A stretch of 59,709 nucleotides of DNA, counting the filler, from Globobulimina sp. (Eukaryota): NCBI GenBank assembly GCA_003354225.1. It is 11 parts of 11 records of this genome, joined end to end, with 100 filler letters (N's around TTAATTAATTAA, not from the genome) between each part and the next. Parts side by side here need not be neighbours in the genome. Positions count along the whole stretch, not along the records: positions 1 to 5,348 come from PIVH01000618.1; positions 5,449 to 10,795 come from PIVH01000619.1; positions 10,896 to 16,240 come from PIVH01000620.1; 8 more parts are not named here. One strand, written 5' to 3'. Numbering within the stretch: position 1 is the stretch's first letter; every line of letters starts with the position of its first letter. This document shows, one piece after another, positions 1 to 12,044 of the stretch. A program made the position numbers and the translations under genes. Below the pieces are notes generated by a model. That model ran no database searches. It saw only the letters and a list, made by a program, of their open reading frames with translations, and was not told the origin of the DNA.

Positions 1-311
1 CCACGATAATTATCACATTTAATTATACATATTTCGCTTGAACAAATGAGATGCTTCCTTTCAAATAGCTGATGGCTTTGTGAACTGATGTAAAGTGATG
101 TGGTTTGGTTAATTATTGTTGCATTTATAAAGGCACTGATTATATTTATAAGAGTAAACAGTAGCAACAAAGTGAGCATGGCACACGTTAGACTTTCCTT
201 TACCAAATCAAATTAAACATATCGTCCTCTTCGAAACGATTGTTTCACAGAACTAGTGACTTAAAAGTTTTTTTGTGTGAGATCTTTTTTTGAGCGTTTA
301 ATACTAGAATC

Positions 312-2312
312 ATGGCTTCGTCATTTGCTTTGTTGATGCTATATGTTTCGTTTTTAACCACAAACAACGTGAACAATGCTGCTACACTTCCCAATATTAT
401 TTTTATGTTAATTGATGATCTCGGTTGGAATGATTTGTCATTCCATAAAGGATGTGATTATCCATCACCAAATATTGATGCATTGGCAGCAAATTCATTG
501 GAATTAAATAATTATTACATTCAACATATTTGTAGCCCGACCAGAGCTGCTCTGCTAAGTGGGAGATATCCAATCCATACTGGACTCCAACACGATGTAA
601 TACCTCCAACTTCTCCATATGGTATGATGCGCCATATACACTTAAATAACCTAAATATTGCATGTAATGTTGTCAATTGTCAAAGGATTACCATTGGATC
701 AAACAATCATACCACAGGATTTAAAACGTGTGGGATATGCCACCCATATAATTGGGTTAGGTTCACATTTGATTTATATATATCCATTTGACTGATATTT
801 ATCTTTTTTAATCACACAAATCACTTTCTAGCAAGTGGCATTTAGGTTTTTTCGAACCGCGTTATGTGCCAACGGCAAGAGGCTATGATACATTTTTTGG
901 GTATTATTTAGGCGCAGAAGATTACTATCATCACAATCGAAGTTATACTGGCAACAATGGAGACGATTTAAGAAATTTAACGCAGCCAATTATGAAACCT
1001 GACCAATATTCAACATACTTATACCGAAACGAAACCATTCGAATATTGCAGCAATATGATGAGACTGGAAACGCAACTCCTTTTTTTCTCTATTTATCAT
1101 TCCAATCCGTACACACTCCGTTGCAAGGTTTGCCTGACATATATTATGAGCTCCATTGCCAGAACAAACAGAGACATTTATTTTTAAAGCGCCACAATAT
1201 ATCATTGACTCATTCAATAAGACCATCAGTGTTGCAAATAGGCGCAAAATGGCTGCAATGCTGACTGTGTTGGATGATGTTATTGGAGAAATTGCGGATT
1301 TTTTACAAAATCAATCTAATTTATGGGAGAATTTGATTTTAATATTTAGCACAGGTCTGATATTATAAAATGTGTGCAGTACTTTTGTTTATTATGCATA
1401 AATATACACAGACAATGGGGGTCCCGTTCAATCCTCAAATTCCAATTTTCCATTAAGAGGAAGTAAAGCCACGTTATGGGAGGGTATGTTGCCTAATATT
1501 AATATAATAGAATAAGTGCATGGTTGAGTGTGTAATTAGGCGGTGTCAAAGGTGCTGGCTTTATAACCGGTGGATGGTTGAATGACTCGCGAAGAGGAAA
1601 ACAAATGAATGCTTTGATGCATATAACCGGTATCTATACCTTATGCCAATTGCAATATTAATAATATCTTTGATGATTTATAATAATATGCTATGTTTTA
1701 GATTGGTATCCAACATTTTGTGATATTGTTGGTATTAAAGCATCAAATGAATCGATATTGGATGGTTACAGCCAGTTAAATAATATACAAAATGGTGAAA
1801 CAAATGTTTATTTCCCACGATCAGAGATTTTGCTTAATATTGACTTCCAAGGTTGCAATTTAACAATTTGTGGTGGTATACGGATGAATGAATATAAGTT
1901 GGTGGTTGGCCAAGAAGTGGATGAAACGAATAATCTTTGTCGAGCGGGTTGGTGTCCACTAATAGATTCAAATCAAAATGAAACAACAGTTCAATGCTCA
2001 TCCAATGGCGATGGTAACTATAATTATCCAAATATTTCAAAATATATTGACGATAACCACTGTCCATATAATGGCAAACCGTGCTTATATAATATTGAAA
2101 CAGACCCATGCGAATATTATGATATTGGTGATGATGATAGATATGTTTATCAACAGCTATATAATCGCTTATTATATTATAATTCAACAGCTGTTGCACC
2201 TTTAAATTTGTTACATCCGCCACAAGCCGACGCTGCAGATCCAAAGCATTTTGGCGGATTTTGGGGTCCATGGATTAATAATACAAACTTCACTGCCAAA
2301 GTTGAATTGTAG
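312..2312 (+). CDS. Arylsulfatase B-like sulfatase (S1 family), 7 exons, signal peptide
   Basis: Motifs PNIIFMLIDDLG, CSPTR (formylglycine CxPxR), GKWHLG, HTPLQAP, STDNGG, PLRGSKATLWEGG and HITDWYPT are restored by GT-AG introns at 622-685, 756-831, 1128-1189, 1355-1411, 1484-1539 and 1630-1701. Confidence 0.95.
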
Positions 2313-2467
2313 TTTGTTGTGATTTAATAATTTTGATTACTTTTAAATTGAAACATGGAAATACGTTTTTGTACTCCTTGAAACAGCCGTTTTGTTGATT
2401 TGTTGGTTACTTATCTAACTCGGATCGTTTTCCAGGAAGAGAAACACTTACAACAGCTACATAAACC

Positions 2468-3998
2468 ATGAGCGCCTACGAAGCCACGTTGATAATTCTA
2501 CAATTGGTAGTCGCTATATTTGGGTTCTCGTTTCTATTATATTTAACGCAGAAATTCTGGAAATTTCGACATCATTTCTTAATTTCATCACGATTTCCAA
2601 AAATAACTCTCTGTATTTCATATTCTATGTACATTGCAACAGCAGCGTCAGCATTAGGTCATTATATTGCATTTATTTACCATAATGATAAAGAAAAAGC
2701 AATCTCCTCAACATTATTATATCCAATATCGATATCATTAGCACAAATATTTGCCTTTCTATTTTGTGCGGTTATTGTCTTCCGAGCATTATTAATCTAC
2801 GACAGATGGGGTATTATGAGATATGCATTAAACAATCAAACAAAGATTATATTTGGACGTAATGAATTACTGTCTGACTTAGTAAAACAGCCACAAAAAC
2901 ACACTTATTATTGTTGTTGTGGCCAAAAGATAACATTTTTTCATCCATTATTAATGTGGTCCGTTTCTATTACATTTATTATTTTATTTATAATTACATG
3001 TATTTGTACCCCATTAGTATTAATTGGTAAGTTGTCATTTGTGGCACTTGTAATTCCTTTTATTATTATACTTATTGTTGGATTTACGGTATTATTCTAT
3101 GGAAGAAAAATCAATGATTTTGTTTTATTCAAACGAGAAACATATTTAATTATTTTATTAATATTTGCGCAAATTATTGTTTCTCAGTTAGCATTTATTG
3201 GTGCGTATTTGGCTGAGTTTGCTGGATTTATGCTCGGTATGTTTATATATTCGACTGCTGTATGTATTACATCTTTTTTATATTGTCTCAGGAAGTACTG
3301 GTTGTTATGTAATATTGATATTGTCTCTGTCAATGGTTTATAAAAATGAAGGTAGTTTATTATCTGACTCAACATCAACAGCAACAGATTTTAAACCCGC
3401 AAGTTCCATGGCATCAACTTCATCCCCTCCGAATTCAGGTGAAAGTGCTGTTGCAGTTGGAACAAAAGCAACGGATAAAATAACTGCAATGCGTTTGTAT
3501 AATTATTTAAAATCATTAGATAATTATAATCAATTTGGTGAGTTTTTGGGTGGTTGCTTTGCCCTTGAAAATCTATTATTTTTTGTCAAAATAATTGTTT
3601 TTAGACACACTTTGTTAGATATTATTAATGATACTGCCACCACCAATGACAAGATTGAATCAGAAGATCAAAGTTTTGAATTTTTAGATAAATGGTGTCC
3701 AGTTACAATGAAGAAAGCATTTGATTTGAAATTTGAATTTATCGATGGTTTGTATGATAGTTTAAAAGCAAATAAAAGTAAAAATGTTCATAATATCGCG
3801 AAAAATATTTATGATCAATTTATTGCGAATGAAGCTGTTTTTTGCGTAAATATATCTGCAGAAAGTCGAGATTTTTTAACAGATTTTTTTAATCAAAATA
3901 CGGCGCATGGAATAGAAGAATATTTAACAGCATTCAATGGAGCTATAGTTGAAGTGTATCGATTATTACAAAGTGTTTATAACTTTCGATATAAATAA
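2468..3998 (+). CDS. Seven-transmembrane protein fused to a C-terminal RGS domain (7TM-RGS)
   Basis: About 7 hydrophobic segments. Intron 3237-3291 joins the two ORFs in frame (MLG|STGCY). RGS signature FGEFLGGCFALENLLFF...AKNIYDQFIANEAVFCVNIS...AFNGAIVEVYRLL. Confidence 0.88.
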
Positions 3999-4166
3999 TA
4001 TATATATGTTTAAGTATTAGTTTTTTGTAAATAAATAAATTTTTCTGTTCCGCAATAAGTTAAGTACAGCAACACTGTTTGTCAGTTTTCTTATATTCTT
4101 TGTTTGCTTATTCAGATAGAAACGACGTTAACGTAATGTACTTATTCCTGCGAAACAGAAAGAATC

Positions 4167-4248
4167 GATGACTAGCTCACTTCGAGAAACTTCAATATCT
4201 AAGATCTCGAGTTAGATATTGAAGTTTTCCCGGAGTAAGCTAGTCATC
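4167..4248. repeat. 82-nt imperfect inverted repeat (hairpin; MITE-like or fold-back element)
   Basis: GATGACTAGCTCACTTCGAGAAACTTCAATATCTAA pairs with TTAGATATTGAAGTTTTCCCGGAGTAAGCTAGTCATC with few mismatches. Confidence 0.85.
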
Positions 4249-4843
4249 AATAATCTTACTTTTTTTGTTCAGTTTTAATTTTACAGTTTTAATCTACAAA
4301 AACATATTATATTTATATAGAAACAAAACATATTATATTTATTTAGTTTTTTTATTATTATTTTTTTGATTTGTAGCGACTGTAAAAATATATATTGTTT
4401 ACAATTTTATTTGGATTTTTGTTACATGTTTTTGTTTTATATTTTGCAGGAGTTTTCTGCACATATCAAAATAATTTGTGTTAAGAAAAACATTATTTTA
4501 TGATTTTTGGTCTCTGCACCTTCTTTTGTGCAGTTTATTTATTTTTCCAGACCATATCCTATGATTATATATATTGTTTTTTTATTACTTTATTCTGTTA
4601 TTTGGTTTTATACTATTGTTTATTTATTGTTATGTTTGTGGTATTGTTGGGGGGAAGTGTTGACCGTGAAATCCTTTCCAGAGACAAGCCGAAAAAGATG
4701 CTAGCCCCCCGACTTTAATTAACACAAGTTACAAAGCCTTGTTTTCCCCTCTCCTTTAAAAAAGACTTGAAATAAAAAATGAAATCCTCCTGAATGATAT
4801 ATTATGTAACAGACTGAAGAATAATTTCATTTTTTATTTCAAG

Positions 4844-4930
4844 TCTAACTCGTGAGATCTTAGATATTGAAGTTTTCACGGAGTAAGCTAGTCATCAAGA
4901 ATCTTACTTTTTTTTTACAGTTTTAATCTT
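4844..4930. repeat. Second, partial copy of the hairpin element plus its T-rich tail
   Basis: TTAGATATTGAAGTTTTCACGGAGTAAGCTAGTCATCAAGAATCTTACTTTT...ACAGTTTTAATCT closely matches 4212-4295. Confidence 0.85.
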
Positions 4931-5348
4931 CAAAACACAAATGCAATTATGCAAGTTAACCATAATGCACCAAGACACTCACATCTATTCCCAAATCCTG
5001 TATTGTTTGCCTTCTTTGTTGGCGCTTTGCTTGGCCTGCCACTCATATCATTATTTGGCATCTGTGTTGGAGATAAGCTTGGTTCAGCACTGCCTGCTGT
5101 GTTACTGTTGCCACAATGCAATATATCAAACAGCATAGCATCTCCTTCAAATTCACTACATCCTACATTTAATGTATAATCATACACTGCATCACCACTG
5201 CAATCATTTGATGCAAACAATTGTTGCGTAATGCTTGAATCTGTGCAATTTATTCGTATTGAATTGTTGTCCTCAAACATATCTCTACCACATCCAATTG
5301 GCCATATGTAATCATTATAAACTGGATCTGTTATTATTATGCATGTGG
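4930..5348 (-). CDS. C-terminal part of a Cys-containing surface protein, probably GPI-anchored (5' end off contig)
   Basis: Open frame with Cys pairs, a Pro/Ser/Thr-rich stalk (PSLSPTQMP, PSKAPT) and a terminal hydrophobic tail LGALWLTCIIAFVF. Confidence 0.55.
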
Positions 5349-5448
5349 NNNNNNNNNNNNNNNNNNNNNNNNNNNNNNNNNNNNNNNNNNNNTTAATTAA
5401 TTAANNNNNNNNNNNNNNNNNNNNNNNNNNNNNNNNNNNNNNNNNNNN
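5349..5448. other. Artificial contig-joining linker (first of ten)
   Basis: 44 N + TTAATTAATTAA (stops in all six frames) + 44 N. Identical linkers at 10796-10895, 16241-16340, 21678-21777, 27115-27214, 32552-32651, 37986-38085, 43418-43517, 48850-48949 and 54281-54380. Contig lengths never increase (5348 down to 5329). Confidence 0.99.
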
Positions 5449-6849
5449 TCAATTGATTTACAACAGATTTTCGAGGCACATTTCAACCAAATTGATGATC
5501 AAATTACAAGTACAAAAACACAAATTAATACGCAAATTGATGCGGTGATTAAATCGTTGCAAAACAGAAAGAAATCATTGGATGGACAGGTTATGTGTCC
5601 ATACTCCATACATTTGTTTTATTTAAATTGTACGCAAAATCGCACACATTTTAAGTTGGATGAATGGAAAGTGCAGAAATTGCAGAATATCAACAAAGAA
5701 ATTGCAAATATTGTTGGCTATCATAACGAGTTAAAAAAAAGCAAAATATCAATCAATGATTTGTTGCGAACGAGCGGTGTAAGTAAAAGAGGTAAGAAAA
5801 TCAAAGAAATTACAAATTCGATATTTGAAAACAAGCAATTTAAAGTTTTTCAAGATTTAAAATTATTAGAAACATTTCTGGCGAATAATACAAAGTTAAT
5901 TGGTGTTACCTTCGACGACGTGATAAACACAAAAGAAATGCAATTATTTGGTGCCTTGGATACAAATTTGCAAAACAATCTATTTAATATAGCCTCAGTT
6001 TTATTGAGTGATGTTGTGACAACAAAAGAAAACGAGAGAGGCTATAAAGTAAAATTAGAATGGCAATTTATCTCAAATGAAGAAGAGAAATCGAATGAGT
6101 TTACAGTTAAATATATGATGGAGGAGGAGGAGGAGAAAAAGGATGAAATGGATTGGAGGATATTAGTGAATGAGGCAACGGTTAAAAGTGAGGGAAATAA
6201 TAAATATTCATTGGACATTGCAAAGTATTTTGAGTATGATAAGATTTATCAATTTGAAATACAACATTTGATTGAAAAACCTTTGAATATCATTGTTTCG
6301 TCAAATATGAAAAGTATTACTGTTGCTGGGAAATGGTTGGATCTCTCCAAAGAGCAATCAATTTCGTTAAATATTCATTCTCATAAAGGACATTATAGGA
6401 GTGACGGACCGGAGAGAATCTTAAATTCAGATAATAATTCTTATCTAAGTCCAGATCGTCAAATAACTGATGATTGGATTATTTTTGAGATGAAAGACGG
6501 TGCAATGTATTATCCGACAAAGTTGCAAGTTCGAGCAAGAGGAACAAATCAGAGTTCAAGTGGTGATCCACGTGCATTGAAAAGATTTCGTTTAAAAATT
6601 GGTAATTCAAATTGTAACGAATGGATTGAACTCAATGAACAAATATTTACTGCGTCAAAAACGGACACAAAATTGCAAACATTTAATTTAGACATTGTTG
6701 ATAATAATAATGTAAATAACCGAATAGTTCAAAAATGGAAATCCATTCAATCAAAAAATTATAAGCAGTTTAAATTGGAAATACTTGATAATTATGGTGA
6801 GTGTTATATTTTAATCCAAGAGTTCAAGATATTTGGTGTGGAAATGTGA
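5449..6849 (+). CDS. Coiled-coil / FN3-like / galactose-binding (F5/8C, discoidin-like) protein, 5' truncated; paralogue of 10193-10795
   Basis: Coiled-coil heptads, then a beta-rich KVKLEW segment, then DWIIFE...LKRFRL...W...KQFKLEILDNYG...IQEFKIFG, typical of discoidin-like beta sandwiches. Probable in-frame 66-nt intron at 5590-5655. Confidence 0.7.
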   Translation, partial: SIDLQQIFEAHFNQIDDQITSTKTQINTQIDAVIKSLQNRKKSLDGQVMCPYSIHLFYLNCTQNRTHFKLDEWKVQKLQNINKEIANIVGYHNELKKSKISINDLLRTSGVSKRGKKIKEITNSIFENKQFKVFQDLKLLETFLANNTKLIGVTFDDVINTKEMQLFGALDTNLQNNLFNIASVLLSDVVTTKENERGYKVKLEWQFISNEEEKSNEFTVKYMMEEEEEKKDEMDWRILVNEATVKSEGNNKYSLDIAKYFEYDKIYQFEIQHLIEKPLNIIVSSNMKSITVAGKWLDLSKEQSISLNIHSHKGHYRSDGPERILNSDNNSYLSPDRQITDDWIIFEMKDGAMYYPTKLQVRARGTNQSSSGDPRALKRFRLKIGNSNCNEWIELNEQIFTASKTDTKLQTFNLDIVDNNNVNNRIVQKWKSIQSKNYKQFKLEILDNYGECYILIQEFKIFGVEM

Positions 6850-7302
6850 CTGCTTTGCATGGATATGTTTATGATAACGTTTGATTAGTTTGTAAAAATA
6901 TAAACATTTGTAATATTTCCCTTTTTAGTGTTCCGAAGTTCAGTCCTTCTCTGTTCAATTAAATCCGACCAAAAATTGCAATCATTGTTCAAACAATAAA
7001 AATAATTAAATAACCAACAATTAAAATATGTTATAAATACAATTTAGTTTTTCTGAATTTCACAATTTAGTGACGTGCATTAGAGGATGCATTCAATTAA
7101 GAATTGAGTCCACTGGACACGAACCATCAAAATGTAACCAGGTCATGACCTGACCGCAACATCGCATTACAATGTTCGCATAATTCGTTTGAGATTTAAT
7201 TTCCAATGAAAAAGTTAGAAACTCAAAAAAAGAAACTGATGATGTTCCCGTCAGTATAACATATCCATCGTCAGTATAATTATTAGAAAATACGTTTTTG
7301 AG

Positions 7303-9531
7303 TTATCTTATTTGTAGAAATTGGTCTATATCTTGTATATGCGTGGAATGTAGAAACGGAAACCAATATGAGACGATGTATTTATTTGGCGAGATAGTAT
7401 CTGCACTGCTTTGTAAGTTGCGTACCACCGAATTTCGAATTCCTTTCAGTTTATTGGACTCGATCCAATGCGTTTGATAGAATTCGTAGTTTGATAGAAA
7501 AATGCTCGTCAATAAGTTGCATAAAAACATACATTGAATGATAAACGCGAATATAAAAAAGATTAAAACAATGTATGAGCCAAAGTTTCGTAAAAATGAT
7601 ATTGTCGCAAACTGCATTTGGTCCATATAATAAAACATGTAATTATTAAAAGTATTTTCATGAAATATGATATTAACCAAATTAAAGCCATTCAAAAACG
7701 TGTCAAAGTTAAATGATTTGTCATCGTCACTCAATCCCGACCACTTTGCATTAATTCCTTCTTCGGCTTTGTGCTCATTTACGTATTGTAAAATATTTGC
7801 AAATAATTCTAATCCCAGCAAAGTTAATGTTATTTGAAATAAAACAACGACAAACATAAAGATTGCAATTCCCCGTAAAGCCAAAATTGTGGAATATAAA
7901 ACTTCATGAAATGTTTGATCAATGTCAGCAAAGCAAATAACCACATATCCCACCCGCAAAATGTGTAAATTGTCGTCGATGCCCAAATGTTGGAAGTTGT
8001 GCGGGTTGGTCACCTGTAAGCATATAATCACAAATGTAATTAATCCATTCGACATATGTCTGGAACGCAGATATTGAGTAACGCCCAAAACATGCACTCG
8101 TAATAAAACCTCCATTAACCAGAGTATATTGCTTAGATCCAGGAATATTACCATCCATTTCGTGTACACCGTGTCATGCAATCTATACAGCACCAAAACA
8201 CTTTGTACCACCGCATAAATACTGAATATTAAATCTGCAGTGGATAACTTTCCAAAAACGGTTGTTTGAAAGAAATGTTTAATTCCATCGTGACAATTGT
8301 GTCTGTATTGCAGGTGCATAGTACTGAACCATATCAAACAGAACTTTGTAAATTCAGCTTCTTGTGCAATTTGCCTATTTTGTTGGTCATTGCAATATAA
8401 CCAATACACAGCAAAGCCGGCAGGAGTATATAACAATGCATTTTGTTGGAAATTGGAAGTATTATAAATATATTCCATTTGTGCTTTGGTCACAAAATCT
8501 GCATTCACGTTGCTGGCAGCTATCACATGATACGCTTCGCTAATTTTTAGCTTGACTTTGGTTATTCTGTTAAAGACTACTTCCGACTCAATGGCGCTGT
8601 ATTGATCCCATATTGCGGATAAAAGTACATTTTTCAACAGTTGGTACATGATTAAAATCAAAATAATCCATAGAATGGAGTGAAGCGGGTTGTATTTGTA
8701 GATGATGGCCCACAATGTTGGTGTATTCAATCCCGCAGTGTACAGAAACATGTGCAGCATTGTTGTGAACAACGAATTGAATTCTGGCAGTTCTCCGACT
8801 GCATTTTTTAAATTTGGATAATAGGATAAAGTTCGTGCGTTATATAAAGAAAATACAAGGATTGAAAATATTGTGGTAATGAACAATATGCCGAATATTA
8901 ATACTTTCAAAACTGCCCAGAATGTGGTTAGTATCATTTGTTTCCAGATCCTAGCAACGACCCAGTATATGAATGGGAAAAACGGCCGCATCAATCTGTA
9001 AATGCGGAAACGGAAAATGCTCACTGGAAACACAAACGTAATTAGAATGCTCACAAAACTAATTGCGCAACAATACCAATGTATGGATAATGATTTGCGT
9101 ACACAGCCCACTGATTTGTATGATATATATAATGCTATGACATGCATGCAAATGCAATATAGTTCAATTAACAAACACCACCGCAAGCACACAATGCATG
9201 TGTTTGATGGTAATAAGAGTGAATTTGGCTCAATGAAACATAAACTGAATTGGATGAGGCAGACAAACAATCCATAGATGCGGTACCATACAGAAGATTT
9301 AAATCGATAAGCTTGAATATTGAAGTCATCAAATAGCGCGTCCCGTGGTTTTATATGATTCGGGCGGTATCCACATCCTTTTATAGTTATAGTTATAATT
9401 GATTAATTATCGTCAAATTCCCTGACTATATATGAAGATTATGAACACAAACCTTGTTGAAGCAGATATACTGCTTTTTTCAATGAATTGATGTTTGGGC
9501 ACTGTGAAGCAACACTGGTTGATCCTGACAT
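7303..9531 (-). CDS. Two-pore channel (TPC family) cation channel
   Basis: Intron 9378-9452 gives the N-terminus KAVYLLQQG..HIKP..AYRF..SLCFIEP, resembling TPC1. Two 6TM repeats with pore segments FNSLFTTMLHMFLYTAGLNTP and FNFDTFLNGFNLVNIIFHENTF, and S6 motifs KNVLLSAIWDQY and NLLTSIFLSNY. Confidence 0.85.
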
Positions 9532-10192
9532 AGATGTTAGTGTTGGATCGAAAGCGATAAGAAATAATTAAATCGAGGTAATTATATAAACGTCATCATT
9601 ATCATAATGCAAATGCAATGAAAATATGTGTTAAAATTTGTCCGCTGCATTTTCTATTTTTTTCATTTATATTATGGGTTTGCTTCAAAACTTGAAAAAA
9701 TGCAATTTCTTCAAAACTTCAAAAAAGGTCAAATTCACTAAATGTTGATTTCTGCTCAAAATGCAAATCCATCTAAAAATCAAGTTATGTTCTTTTGGGA
9801 TATGGCCATTTATATGGAATAAATAATATGTTTGGTGCGTGAATTATATGGCCATTGGCCCATTGTGAATGGATATAAATTTATGTATGTCTTATTAGAT
9901 AAATATCCACGATGAACAAATTTAATATTACGTTTTCCATCTATTACAATTATATTATATATCCTCGATTGGAATGGCATCCTCGGATAATTTGAATTCA
10001 TCGATTTTTTTATGGCCGAGTTCCTGCCAAAATGTACTGTCGATGGAAGAGCTGAGTTTGTCGAATTTTAACACAACTTCTTGGCTCTTTTGCTCGTTTG
10101 TTTTTGACGCGGCCATGCTTTGTCCCGCTCGTTTTTACAACAAAAGTATTTAAAACTTTAAAGTAAGCAAAGTAAAGTAAAGTAAATAACAG

Positions 10193-10795
10193 ATGCAGGT
10201 TAATACGGATGAAGGGAGTGGTGAACATAATGCGTCGTCACCTTCGAATAGACCAACTCTGAAAGAATTTGTGTCGCAGCAATTAGGAGCGGTGGCGGGT
10301 CTTTACAATAAATTGGAACAAGTTGGTATTACCGACCTAAAAATTTTAATATTTATCGATACAAAAGATTTAGATCAACTCTGTCAAGAGTTAGGTTTGC
10401 CATTTGGGCATAAAATTAAATTCAAAGCAGCTGTGCGAGAGTTGCAAGACGAGTATGGCCCGAAAGTACCATTACAACCTTCCATTGTGACCATTTCACC
10501 AAACGACCAATCAGAAATTGACAAAATTGAATTAGCCTTAAAACAATCAATTGATTTACAACAGATTTTCGAGGCACATTTCAACCAAATTGATGGTCAA
10601 ATTACAAGTACAAAAACACAAATTAATACGCAAATCGATGCGGTGATTAAATCGTTGCAAAACAGAAAGCAATCATTAAATGGACAGGTTATGTGTCCAT
10701 ACTCCATACATTTGTTTTATTTAAATTGTACGCAAAATCGCACACATTTTAAGTTGGATGAATGGAAAGTGCAGAAATTGCAGAATATCAACAAA
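10193..10795 (+). CDS. SAM-domain + coiled-coil protein, 3' truncated (N-terminal half of the 5449-6849 family)
   Basis: SAM-like LYNKLEQVGITDLKILIFIDTKDLDQLCQELGLPFGHKIKFKAAVREL; ends in the 249-nt repeat. Confidence 0.75.
10547..10795 (+). repeat. 249-nt near-identical direct repeat of 5449-5697 (both ends of the contig)
   Basis: Same sequence, intron included, with about five substitutions (e.g. GATGAT/GATGGT, AAGAAATCATTGG/AAGCAATCATTAA). Confidence 0.95.
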
Positions 10796-11006
10796 NNNNN
10801 NNNNNNNNNNNNNNNNNNNNNNNNNNNNNNNNNNNNNNNTTAATTAATTAANNNNNNNNNNNNNNNNNNNNNNNNNNNNNNNNNNNNNNNNNNNNCAAAC
10901 AAACATTTTAATTCTTTTTTTTATGCACACACGTCATTTTGTCACTAGCTAGCACTGGAAAGTTTTTCTTTAAGTTTTGAAGAAGTTTCGGCAACATTTC
11001 AATGCT

Positions 11007-11570
11007 ATGATTCGAACTTTCCTTTGCTATGTTATACTGACGATATTAAGTGATTCAACTGTTGAACTTTACGACAATGTATGGGGCAGTTGCACGCCGC
11101 CAAGTTTGTCGGAAAGTTATATGGGTGGACCTGCACAGAAAGGAACTCAGCTCAACCTAACAATAAATGATATTCCACTGTCAGAATTTGAAGGATATTT
11201 ACCATCAGAAAAGGAATATAAATTAAAAATAAAATCTTCCCATGAATGGCATCAGTATGCGATATTTATTGACCAAGGTAATGTTTTTATGCACGTTATA
11301 CAAATTGAACAACAAAATTGTGAATAAAATGAAGGAAAATTGAAACATAATGAAAAGGAGACAGAACTGCAATGTGATGGGAAAACATTGATGTTTGGAG
11401 ATATTGAGTTGGAGGTTGAATTTATTTGGATTCCATCAAATGCACACAATGACATTGTAACATTAACTATTGGATACGCTCCTTATTACACGTTAATTTC
11501 AGTGCAAACATTTGATATATTACCAAGAGATCTAAAAACCAGTATTGATGCTAAAAAAAAGGAAATGTGA
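11007..11570 (+). CDS. Small secreted protein, possible Reeler-like domain, 2 exons
   Basis: Signal peptide MIRTFLCYVIL. Intron 11278-11334 joins the ORFs in frame (DQG|KLKH). The pattern C.PP...MG, YLP..Y.L.I, C.G, FIWIP, VTLTIG resembles Reeler domains. Confidence 0.55.
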
Positions 11571-12044
11571 CTCAATATAGTGATTATTATGAAATTCAAA
11601 CAAAAAATCAGTATTAACGGAGATTATAAAAACAACTTAAATGAGGCAAGGATTCAATAAAAAATCGCACCAAAAAAATAGATAATAAAAGTACAATCAA
11701 AAAAATGAAAACATTAGCAACACTTTTTATACACTTATTTGTTGTAAAAGTGTTGCTAATGTTTCATTTTGATGTGAATTACTATTATTTATTTTTTCAT
11801 TGGTGTTTTGTTGCATTAATTCTTGCCGGATTTTTTTTTCTTCGATGTTTTTATCGCATTTATGCAACGAACACATTCCAAAAAAGTTTGAAACAAACGA
11901 ACAAAATTCACAATTTTCAACTAAAATGCACCCGTATATTATAAATTTAATTATTTCCTCAGACCAAAAAACAAACGGAAAAAAAGAAAGCAATAATTTC
12001 TGATCGATTTCTACATTCTTTATACAACAATATGCGACGTGCAC

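Noticed and set aside
2298-2312. KVEL terminus of the sulfatase (and KKEM at 11570) as ER-retention signals
   Set aside because: Only loose KDEL variants; cannot be supported from sequence alone.
4500-4718. Hydrophobic short ORFs in T-rich intergenic DNA (also 11705-12044, 40718-41164, 48195-48497)
   Set aside because: Composition-driven ORFs with no motifs or splice support.
7139-7152. Perfect palindrome CAGGTCATGACCTG resembling a nuclear-receptor response element
   Set aside because: Single occurrence between convergent gene ends, in a genome with no sign of being animal; plausible by chance.
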